Shown here in pieces: positions 13,240 through 23,500 of a DNA stretch of 64,000 bases. Both the position numbers and the translations under genes were made by a program. This DNA comes from Deltaproteobacteria bacterium (GTDB lineage: Bacteria > SAR324 > NAC60-12): positions 2,027 to 66,026 of the forward strand of contig NYXK01000186.1 of assembly GCA_002685535.1 (NCBI GenBank), written 5' to 3'. How positions within the stretch are numbered: the first letter of the stretch is position 1; every line of letters begins with the position of its first letter. The notes under the pieces are model-generated. The model was not told the origin of the DNA. It worked only from the letters and a program-made list of their open reading frames with translations, and ran no database searches.

Positions 13240-13947
13240 TGAGGATGCGGTAGAGATGAGTTACAGGGAGGAAGGAAGAATGTGAGATTTCTTGAGAAGC
13301 AGAAAGGCGGCAATATGATACCCAGATAATTAAAAGAGGAATCTGATTTGAAGTTTTTGAAGTTTGACTTATGCAAATCAGTCTTGATTATTGGATTTAT
13401 TGCGAGGTCAAAGCGTGCTGCGAAGTCGTGCTTTCTCCGCGCTTTACTACCTTTCCGATTCGCCACAACTTTTACTGCTCTCGGATGGAGAAGTAAGTAT
13501 GCTCGTACCCAGCCCAAAATATTGGCTTTGAGCAAATTGTGGAGATGATAATGTATAGACGAGTATAGTATTGGCCTCTGCGATCTGCTCGACGAAAATA
13601 TCCTAATCCGAACGAGGAGCGAGCAGAAGCATTTAGGAACTCACGGACTTGGCACTGGACGATGATTGGTATATGTATTCTTTTGAAACACTACTATCAA
13701 AGTGATTGGTTTCATCCTTTCCAAACAAAGACGATTGACCAGTATTCCAAGACATGAACTAGACGGTGAATCACATAGTACAAGGCACGTCTGATCTTAG
13801 CTTGGGACGAGATTGAGCTAAGCGAGAACGCACCTCGAGCTTCAAAATATTTCCTCGAATCAATATTTCTTCCTCCTTACTACAGTTCTAGTTCGATAAC
13901 AGATCGCTCTTTCACGCCTCTGCAAGACTACACCTTCTTGCCAAGTC

Positions 13948-14944
13948 ATGGATTTCACACAGACAGACATCCCACAAAGCGTTCTTGCTCGTCCAATCTT
14001 GGTTCCTAGACTTCGAGCAACCTCGATCTCCTATCTTGAAAGAGCTCGGCTTCCCCATGACAAGTTCATGGGATTGCAAGCTGTGAGTTGGTCACTGACG
14101 CTGCTAAAATACCTACTGCCAACGTAATAATTAATCAAAGATCGCCAAACAAAAGGAAGAAGAAAACCACAAGAGAACCTTCAGTCTTTCTCAAGCTTCC
14201 ACCTGAGCTGCGAGACACTATTTGGGAATGGTACGCTTTGCTGTTCCCCCGGATTGTGGACCCCGCTATGTCCCCTTGGAAGTAAGTAAAAGACTTAATT
14301 ACAAATTATTTATTTTAGAACAGTGAAGTGACTGCGACAGTATCACTGGCCATGGAAAGAATGAAGACCTGGCTTTGTTGGATATCAACAAGCAGACCAG
14401 AGCCGAAACATTCTCCCTGCATGGCTATCATCTCCTTGATCACCCATTGCACACCCTCGCTTGTCTTTACAACCCAAGCATCGATATCCTCCTACTGAAT
14501 GAGACCAACGTCCGAGCGAACTACTTCGATGAAGATCTGGTCTGCGAAATGCTTGAGCAGGCTAGAGTCATTGACAAGGTCAAATTCGTGGTCTTGGAAG
14601 CACCTTGGCACCGAAGAAGCGCTTGGATGGCGACAGTCAAGAAGCACATCAACCTGGAAGTCGTGCTCGTCATCGTAGAGACCTGTGATAGCCGCGGAGA
14701 GGTCGAGATGGTACAACTTGAACCATTCGGAGCGACTGATGGCAAGAACTTCAGGTATCAGCTCTTGATGGCAAACACAAAGTATACTCGGGCGTGGGAG
14801 AGGAACAACAAGCCGATCTCGATTTACCGTGCCGAGCTGGAGCAGGAAGCTACGAGAGTCGTCGACATCGACGATCCAGGAACGGAGGGGGTTTACCGAG
14901 TTGTACCAACGGCGCTTTTGGCTAGGCATGTTTGGATCGACTAA
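13948..14944 (+). CDS. 2EXR-domain family protein (paralog 1 of a tandem array)
   Basis: 2EXR motif FLKLPPELRDTIWEWYALLFPRIV lies in exon 14141..14281. A GTGAGT donor at 14083 pairs with the acceptor ending at 14140. A second intron (14282..14328, or ..14340, GTAAGT donor) joins in phase to the 14375..14944 ORF, which contains LLDINKQTRAETF...LYNPSIDILLL. The start is ambiguous: ATG 14057 is in phase with the GTGAGT donor, whereas the longer upstream ATG 13948 only works with a weak GTTCAT donor at 14064. Confidence 0.7.
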
Positions 14945-15664
14945 ATCGATATCCTGGATGAACTTTTGGCTCATGGAGGTTGGAACTTAGCATTGGTAGT
15001 TTTTGGAGTCTTTCACCTCGTCCGATTTATAGAAATACCTGGCGACGGCATTTTAATATGATCGAATTTCGAGAAGAGGAATATCAATACAAGTGCTACA
15101 TAGCAGATGACAGAGATATCTCTGAGACATACAAAGGCGTGCTGTACCACTTTCCGCAGCTTAAAATTTCCCAGCCAGCAAGAGCCTTTTTCAATTCTCA
15201 ATGTTCTATTTTTGACATGACCGTTTGGATATCTAATTTGCAAAGGTATGCATTCGCATCTGCGTATGGGAGCAATTTGATAAATCATCACAAACTTTCA
15301 TTGGAAGCTTTTTACGGATCTTTGGTTCTGGTCTACGAATACAATTAGACATGGGGATATCCACGGGAGATACTTCCAGTTTCCTATGGCTGGACAAACA
15401 GTTAAGTGGTGGAGACTTGATTGTGACGGTAGGTAAATGTTATACAAGGAGTTCGGGTGTCGCTACAAGCTGGGATATTCGCTCCTTCCTTGAGTCTGGA
15501 CTAGCCCCACTTCGGCACATCTTGAACATGTCCATGCCATGAAGTCTCTGGAGAACTTCAAGAAAAAAAACATTACCCTCTGCAGGCATATTTAAAGTGT
15601 CGCTTCTCAGCTGACTTGTACAATTCACATATAATTCCCCAACAAGACTTGGAGGACGTTTACC

Positions 15665-17054
15665 ATGGCATCAGGTGCACAAAACATCCTCATTTCCGGA
15701 TCACCACCTGCTGTTCCTCTTTCGACTTGCGCAAAGAGGCTCCTTGAGATGGTTGTAGATTGCAACCCGGACTCAAGAGCAGACCCGAGTCCGAACAGTC
15801 CTGCATACAGGATCGATGAAATGGTCAGACGCCCATGACAGATCGCTTCGCTTTGCTGATAGCTCGTCTAGATCGGTGGGCTTGCTGCACGCCGAGACGC
15901 TCGAGTTGCAACGGATGGGTATACTTTGTAAGGACGTATCATAGTAAAACCGTCTGAAACAATCACTTATTTTGTTATAGTCGGACTTGGTACTCAGCCC
16001 CCAGGAGTTCCCACTCTTCCAGAGATTGCCCACGGAGCTGAGCGATAAGATCTGGAATTTTGCGGCTACGAACCAACCACACAGGGTCGAGATCGAACGT
16101 GGGTCTTTTCCTGTCTTCTGCAAAACAACCTGGGCTGCCTCTACTAGAATAGTGATTGCCCCGCTTCAAAGCGATAAATGACCTCAATCGCCTTGTGTAG
16201 ACAATGCAATCACCGATCGATTCAACACAGTCACATTATACGAACGCAACCCGACAATTATCCTCCGTCATGTTTGTAAACAACTTCGAGACATGCCTCC
16301 CAAGGTGCTAGGCTATTCAGTGTTATAATTCAAGTCACCAGCCTACGGCAAGAGCTATTCATATTGGTTCCATCCCGATATAGATATGCTCAATATCTCG
16401 CGTACTTACGAGAGCGACACTCCAAGGGCGTTACCAGAGAGTTCTCAGCATACCATGTCGATTATCAATACGCTGAAGAAGGAAGAAGTCTTAGACGGGA
16501 TCAAATATCTTGCGATGAATGAGAGAATTGTATGTAAGGTAAGAAAGTCTGAACTTCAAATTTCTCCTACATTGAGCAGTGATGAAATTCCTCGGCATTT
16601 CCGAAACACAGATGCTGATCGGTTTTAGATATCTTGGCGTTTGCTTTCACCGACAAGCTTCGAACCGGCTCGTTCTCATTGGCACCTGAACTTACATAAC
16701 GGCGATCTGAATGCTGCAAAACCCCTCGTGCATGGGCAGATCAATGCTCCGGACCTTCGTGAGCGGACATGAATCGTCTCCAAATTCCCTAACCTCGAGC
16801 TTCTTCTATCCATCAACACCTGCTGCCGGCATCCTGCTCACCTCTCGATGGACTTGAAGGATATGCCTGTAGAATTTGAGAGATGTCTACCAGATCGTCC
16901 ACGAGAGTATGATGACGGCCACCTCTGCAAATCGAGGTGCTACAGGGTTTACAACTACATAATTACTCAAGCTCTTCGAGAGAATGAAACAACCTCACAT
17001 ATTCTCATGGTTCATGATGCCCGTCGAAACAGCGCCACTAGTGGCAAACTCTAG
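15665..17054 (+). pseudogene. 2EXR-domain family paralog 2, interrupted by in-frame stop codons (pseudogene, or rescued by 3n introns)
   Basis: One reading frame (position mod 3 = 0) carries the family motifs FPLFQRLPTELSDKIWNF, ILRHVCKQLRD, YWFHPDIDMLNIS and FPNLELLLSIN from 15981 to 17054. That frame contains TGA 16179, TAA 16326, TAG 16626 and TGA 16768. Plausible 3n introns could remove three of them (16099..16200, 16305..16352, 16530..16628). None removes 16768. The 5' exon (ATG 15665, donor 15824?) is uncertain. Confidence 0.5.
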
Positions 17055-17757
17055 AAAGGAGGCTGGTAAGCATGGTGATTCGGCTTGGGTGGATAACAGC
17101 AGCAGATCAATCATAGTCATTTGTACCGGTTCCAGTGTAGGGAAACATATACTCTTCATGTCTACAAATCCCGCTGGCGACTTGCTCAGTCTGCGTTCTC
17201 TGCGTTCTGTTCGTTGGATGCAAGTGGTCTGGTTTGCATGGAATGCCCAGAGGGTATGACGTTATGAGGATATATTTTACTGGGGACAATGCTCTCGCAC
17301 ACAAGCTTCTCTGATCCAACAGTCGAATAGTAGCAGAGTATACTTGGCTTCTGTTCGTGCTATACGACTTTGCTTTGTGATTTTCCTTTACGGTCCATAT
17401 TGACAGACATCCTAAAGCAGTGATTTAACCGAGGGTGGGGCAACATAAACAAGCTGAAGGCGAAATTTCAGTCAATGTTGTTTCGAGAAACAGAAGAGCC
17501 TACTAGCGGCCTCTCATGAACTGATCGTGCATGATCTGCTGTGAGACATGATCGGGATCAAATTAATGCGAAGCTCAGCTCCAAGGCAAGAGTTCAGTCG
17601 CACCTGCAGAATTGGGAATCGGCACTAGCAACTCTTTTCGCTATTTCAACGATGACCTTCTTCCACTGGTACTGAAGCTCTTTATCTTTACTCACCATCA
17701 GGATTTATTTCCGTAATCGACATAGTATCAATACACAATTCAGTACACAAATTAAGT

Positions 17758-18509
17758 ATGAATCCGACGCACCAAGCATCACCCAAAAAGTACGACGGAC
17801 CCGTCGCCACCACCCTCCACAAGTTCGACCAACTTCCTGACTTGGTCCAACACATGATATGGGCGATTTTCCTGGCGGAGGAAGAAGAACACCAACCTAG
17901 ATGCTTATTACCACTATCCTCGTACAATCCCCCAATCGTCTTGGAGATTTACCTGGACCGGCTGGCGCAGGCCAGACGCCTCTATGCCGAGTTTCGAATC
18001 GAAGGTATCTGGAAGAACGACTACAGCTTGTTCATCAGGCCACATCACAACGTTCTCAACTTTTCGGAATGGCAGCATCTAGGTCGTTTCCGGACTGCAA
18101 TCATCTTCGCCATGCAGGCGCCAATCTACGCAAGAACCTGAAGAAGATAATGTTCACTCCAAGCTGGGTCGGCAAGAAAACTGTAACGCGGCAAAAGCTT
18201 TATTCTGGGGCTTTCGATTTCTGTAATTTCTTGGAAAGGATCGGAGAACTACCTTCGCTAGAATGCATCGATATCGTAGTAGAGGGGGTGTCACAAGGCG
18301 GCCTTTGGTATGACGGCAGTGGATTCGCTGTGCTCCCAACGAATATTGACGGACGCAAAACCGGGTACCAAATCGGAGATGTAACGTACATGGTCTACCA
18401 CTTCATACTGCAACACAACTTCGTGAGTTGGGGTGAGAAAGTACCTAAATTGCGTTGTGTGAAGGTTATTCTCCCCCGGTCGCGATATTACGAGGCGTGG
18501 GCGAGCTGA
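17758..18509 (+). CDS. 2EXR-like family paralog 3 (internal structure ambiguous)
   Basis: True ATG at 17758, with motif FDQLPDLVQHMIWAIFL. Two overlapping ORFs (17758..18141 and 17901..18509) must be joined. A 71-nt intron 18005..18075 (AAG|GTATCT ... GGCAG|) closes the frame. The alternatives are a frameshift or an implausibly short 35-nt intron (18083..18117). Confidence 0.6.
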
Positions 18510-18729
18510 AGTAGGGAGGATGAAGCCATGTCAAGTAAATACCAGTTAATATCCGGGATTACTTGGAAGAAACTGAGGTAGCGCTGCCATTGGGATGTAT
18601 CGATATCACGGTATCAGTCATCGTGGAGCATTGTCAGGCAGACAGTCAGCAATACACATGTTGTGATTTTGATGGAAGTGGATCGAAATGCAGTACAATC
18701 GCGGTTCAGATCGTTAGCATGGGGCTTAT

Positions 18730-19646
18730 TCACTGCCAAACAATATTATTACGTGAGTCTTTATTAAGTTGACGAAAGCCGATGAGTGCATCTTTCCTTT
18801 GCTGCCAGTTGCGTCCTCCGTGGCCTACATTTGTGAATACAAGTTCACAGGCCCTACTTTTCTCTGCTGAAGAAGAGCTTGAACTACCCACCTCATAAAT
18901 ACTCATAATCCCAATCGCCAACACGGTCTCCGGCTCAAACGCCGTTCTCCTCCTCCCCAATGCTACTTGTTTCGCCATCAACGCATTCTGGTACATTTCC
19001 AAACCCTTTCTCCTCATCACCACATCACCCGTCATCTGCGAACACCTCGTATAGCACAACGCCGCGATGATACTCGCCATCGGACTCCACGTCCCTGTAT
19101 ACGAACCCATAAAACTCCACATGTAGTATCGAGCTGGTGCGGAATGTTCGGGTGCGCGGGATGAGAGGTACCATTCTGGGAGGCAGTATTTGACTGCTAG
19201 GTTGAGGATGAGGGAACGGTTGGTGGAGTCGCCGGTTAGGAGTATGGGGGTTTGAAGGGCCTGATGCATTCGATATCAGACGTAAGTCTCATACGTATCA
19301 TAGGTCGATTTTAAAGCTCTTACGTCGTCAATTGTTCTCCTACTCCATACTAACTGAGATCTGTGCGGATTCCCCGTCCCCCCTCCGTCCCCTCGCAGCA
19401 GCTTCCTCCGTCTGATCACAAAACCATATATGGACTTGATCTTGATACCGACATTCAAGTCCCCTCTTCAAACATTTCGCACACGTTGGCTTTCCCTCGT
19501 CACATTTGAAAATTTGTAAGCAACGCGATATACAAGAACATGAATTCAACATTAAATCGCTGTCAACTCACCTTAATCTTCCTCCTCCTCCAGCTCTCAC
19601 ATCCAGTTGACGGTCGACCGTTAACCCTTCTATCTAGCTGCGCCAT
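18730..19646 (-). CDS. Zn(2)-Cys(6)-type fungal transcription factor, short and apparently degenerate
   Basis: ORF 19340..19552 encodes ...KCDEGKPTCAKCLKRGLECRYQ, the second half of a binuclear zinc cluster. An upstream exon from ATG 19646 encodes MAQLDRRVNGRPSTGCESWRRRKIK followed by GTGAGT (donor at 19571). ORF 18730..19269 has the pattern of a fungal-specific TF middle region (GLEMYQNALMAKQVALGRRRTAFEPETVLAIGIMSIYEV). The problems with this model are listed in the findings. Confidence 0.55.
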
Positions 19647-20520
19647 CAGGATAGGAATTCAGGAATCCGTCCCCAAATGATCGTGCATCTCTTCAGTCGT
19701 TTGTGTGAACAGAAAGAAAAACTCCCGAAACACGAAATGAGATGACCTCTAAACTCCGCGATCAGCCAAAACGCGCTTCTTCACGTACATTTACATCTAG
19801 TGCACTCCCGAACTGGCGTAACTGAACTGACCTAATCCACAGGGCTGAAAGGGCTATCGAAATCTGAAACCTTGCGCCAGGTTGAAAAGGGAAAGATGGT
19901 ACAGACGGTTCCTGAGCCGGTGGTAATATGTGCGTGAAATGGACTCGGGAATTGACATGGAACTTATGATTGGCTCCAAGAAATACCGGCGGCTCACTAG
20001 TTGAATAGCTTAAGCATTCGGCACTTAACCATTCCAGGAGCAGTAACCCGGCTGGGAAAAGCGTCGTTAGCGTTAATTTCAGCTGACTCCACCCGAAAGC
20101 GGCTCCCAAGTGATAATAAGTCAACATGCAGTACATATACTTCTACTGTAATCAATCGAATAGTCTGAAGTGGTGAGAAGTGATACGGATTCAGAGAGCA
20201 AAGCAATGAGAATGAATTACTAGTAACTACGGCTACGAAAAAATCCGCAACTGATTAAGTCTGAATACATGCAGAAAAAAGGGAGAGAAGAAGCAAGATC
20301 AAATCAAGTTCGCCCGTTCGTCTTTCAAACATACTCCGTTGTTCATGAACAACTCCAGGATCACAAGTGAGCAGCACAAATACTCCGAAAGGACAGACAA
20401 GCGACAGTTCCAGTTAAGTCAAGCACACTTCCGCGCCACATAACGCCACGCAAGAACGCGAGTATTCTCTACTTCTTTCCCAGCCTCTGAGTATTACCCC
20501 ACGGGCGACGCCCCTTCCTG

Positions 20521-23500
20521 CTACTCGTCACGAGTCATCTTCCTCGACCTAACTACCCTGCTCGGGGTACTGCTTGGTTCCCCTTGGCCATCACCAGTAC
20601 TCCCATCACTCATCCTCATCTTCTTCGCCTCCCTCTTGCTAGGACTCCTGCCTATGCTAGCAAGCCCATCACCAGCAGACATCATATCATCAGCCTCATC
20701 CACCGTCGCCTTGTTCCGCTTGTCACCCGTTCTGGCACTACGAGTCTGGCGAGGTGCAGGTGCAGGTAGCGTCTTGAATCCTGGAGCAGGAGGAGAAGGC
20801 GCGAAACCAGCTTGTGTGGCGTTACTGACATTTGTACTTCCAGTCAAAGGACCTGCTGGACCAGCAACAACGGTACCACTGCTTGAGGCGAAAGTGTTGC
20901 TTCCAGATGATCCGCCAGCACCACCACTGGCCGCAAAAGCCTTCTTCCTAGCATCCAACTCAGCAGTCGCTTGTCCAAGCTTAACAGTAGCCTCCGACCT
21001 CCTCCTCTCCTCTTTCTTCTCTGCTTCTTCAAGCTTTTGATCAGCTTCTTCGGCTTTAGATCTCGCTTCAACGACATCTTCTGGAAGGAGGAAGTCTTCA
21101 TAATCAGGGTATTGTTCTTCCAAGGTAGCGAGTTTAGCGCGGAGGGTTATGGTCTCGCTACGAAGGGCGCGGATGTAGTCGTCGGCGGATTTGCTTGTGT
21201 GCTTTTCTTTGGCTTGTATTACACTACTGAATGTCAGCGTTTGTTCATTGTCCATAGGATATCGTCATCATCAACGATGAGAAAGAAAAGGTACTTACCC
21301 AAGCAGATTGCTAGCCTCAAAGATAGCATCCCGTTCTTGCTCTTCGGTCTCTCTCTGCTCGCGAGTTCTTCGCGGACGTGGCTGAGCTTGTGTTTCCACT
21401 CGCTGGATCTGCGTCACTGCATTCGCAGCAGTCTCAGCCAGCTTCTGTAGCGAGGCATGAGCTTTTCGGAAATCGGGGAGACGTCTTTTGAACTCGGCGA
21501 GTGCGGCGTTCAGAGCAGTGCTATGATAGTCTGAGCCATCAAATACCATGGCTGTTGAGGTATTTTGGAACGAGCCTGTCTGCGGGACGAGACCAGTATG
21601 TGTTTGGAAGTGGTCTCGAATTGATTTTCGAGATCGAGTTCCGAGCCTGAAGCCACAACCTGGAATGGGACAAATACCCATATCTTGTATCTCTGTTATT
21701 CTACCATTGTCGGCTAGGTCGTTTGCGTGCCATCTCAAGTGTGCGCCGATGGTTTCCGAGGAAGTCGTTTCTCTGAAGCTGCGACCGCAGCCTGGAAGTG
21801 GACATGTGCCCCAGTCAGATACTGTAGCGTGTGTAAGAAAGTCTACTCCTGCGCCTGCTAGTTCCTGATACTGGTCCATCATATGGTCGCTGGCAGTAGC
21901 TTTCCTTTTCTCTCGTCTTGACAGTTTCTGTTCACGAGCTAGTACCGCTTGCTCTCGGGCTCTGACCTCGTTCTGACGATATATAATATCGGCATGGTCG
22001 GCGGCGTTCTTAAGCCTTTGCGAATCCACAGCTAAGTCATGTTAGTCTAGGACAGACATTGGAAAATAGACGTAATGTCAACATACCTTGCGACAATCCA
22101 TGATATGCCGCTGCAGAAGAAGGCTCTCGACGATAACAATCAGCATTATGAGAAGCCAGCCCAAAGACTGACATGCTCGCAAGATGTTTTCCGCAACGTT
22201 TGCAATATTTCCCTGAACCGCCGCTGGGGATTCGGCAGCGCTTGAAGTGTGCTTGCTGATCATTAAGGCTCAGGAGAGCGAGATTGAGTCCGCATCGGAT
22301 ACAGAAATACCCGTCGCCACATGACCTATGCTCCTTGCGCTTTTCGGAATCTGCTGTTCGTTGTCTGCCGCAACTTTCGCACATGATTGGATCTGGAGCT
22401 CCATGCTTTTTGGCTGGTGTCTTGCGAGTGCAGATACGACCATGATGAGCTTTCTCGGCAGGCGTGCATGCTAGCACATCGAAGCCGCAACGATCGCAGA
22501 ACTTCAGTGCCCCCGGAACGTGACTGGCGATGTGAGTTGTAACGTTTTCTGCTAAGCTGCCTCTCAGATCAAGGTCGCAGACCGGACATCTCGTATCATC
22601 CCAGAAATGTTTGATATCGTCGCTTTCTCTCTTGGTGAAATCTGACATGAGATGCTGTTTCTTCTGTGCAATGGTGAAGAGAGCCCAATTTTCTTCACAC
22701 ATAGGACAGTGGCCGATAGAGCTGAGCAGATCCATGTGGCCTTTGTAATGTGCCATCTTGGCATCGTTGTCATATGCTTTGAAGGTTTCTGAACAGATCG
22801 GGCAGCCAAATTCCCTCTCGAGGACATGATTCAGGAGTTTGCGATTCTCTTTGCGAAGCTCGAGGATATCAGTGGGTGTGAGGTGCTGGGTAAATACTGT
22901 GGGCATGCTTGGTCCTACGGTGATTGCAAGCTCTAAGTTGTCTCCATAGAGTGGCGCCGCGGGTGCGAAGCCTGGCTCGACGACAGATTGATCTTGGGTC
23001 CAAGACCTTTGTTGCAACTGATTTTGAGCTGTACGTTTGAGCATCCAGGCATCGAATTTGGGAATTTCGGATGTTCTGAAGATAGGAGGCTTTGCGCCAG
23101 GTATATCGCGGACTTTGTAAGAAGGCTGTGTCACAGGCGGTGGCCCATCAATCACTTCAGAATTATGGGTCTCATTGTCTGGACGATCGTGAAAAAAGCG
23201 AACCCGAGATTTGGCGTGTTTTGATACTTTAGGACCAGTCTTTGGGAGACAGTAACTAGGCTGTTTGCTTTGGTGGGAGTCATACATGCCCCATGGATCG
23301 CTGGAATCGCGAACTAGGTAGAATTAGACAATTCTGAGAAAACATGAGCTTTGTGTCACTTACTGCATTGGATTCCATCGTTACGCATCACAGTCAGTTG
23401 GTTGTTGTGGAAATAGTCGAATATGTCTTGGCGCCACTCATCTTCAGTTGTGGAACTGTTTACAACGAATCGCTGATTTCGCTTAGCGACGATTATCTCA

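Noticed and set aside
12996-13535. 179-aa minus-strand ORF
   Set aside because: Its larger part is antisense to the acidic C-terminal tail of DPH2 and the rest runs into the 3' flank. The product is low complexity.
18083-18117. 35-nt GT-AG segment that would join the two ORFs of 2EXR paralog 3
   Set aside because: It is too short for a fungal spliceosomal intron. The 71-nt alternative (18005..18075) or a frameshift is more plausible.
20636-21450. Plus-strand ORFs of 134 and 159 aa
   Set aside because: They are antisense to the last two exons of the giant gene (coiled-coil and low-complexity region), with no motifs.
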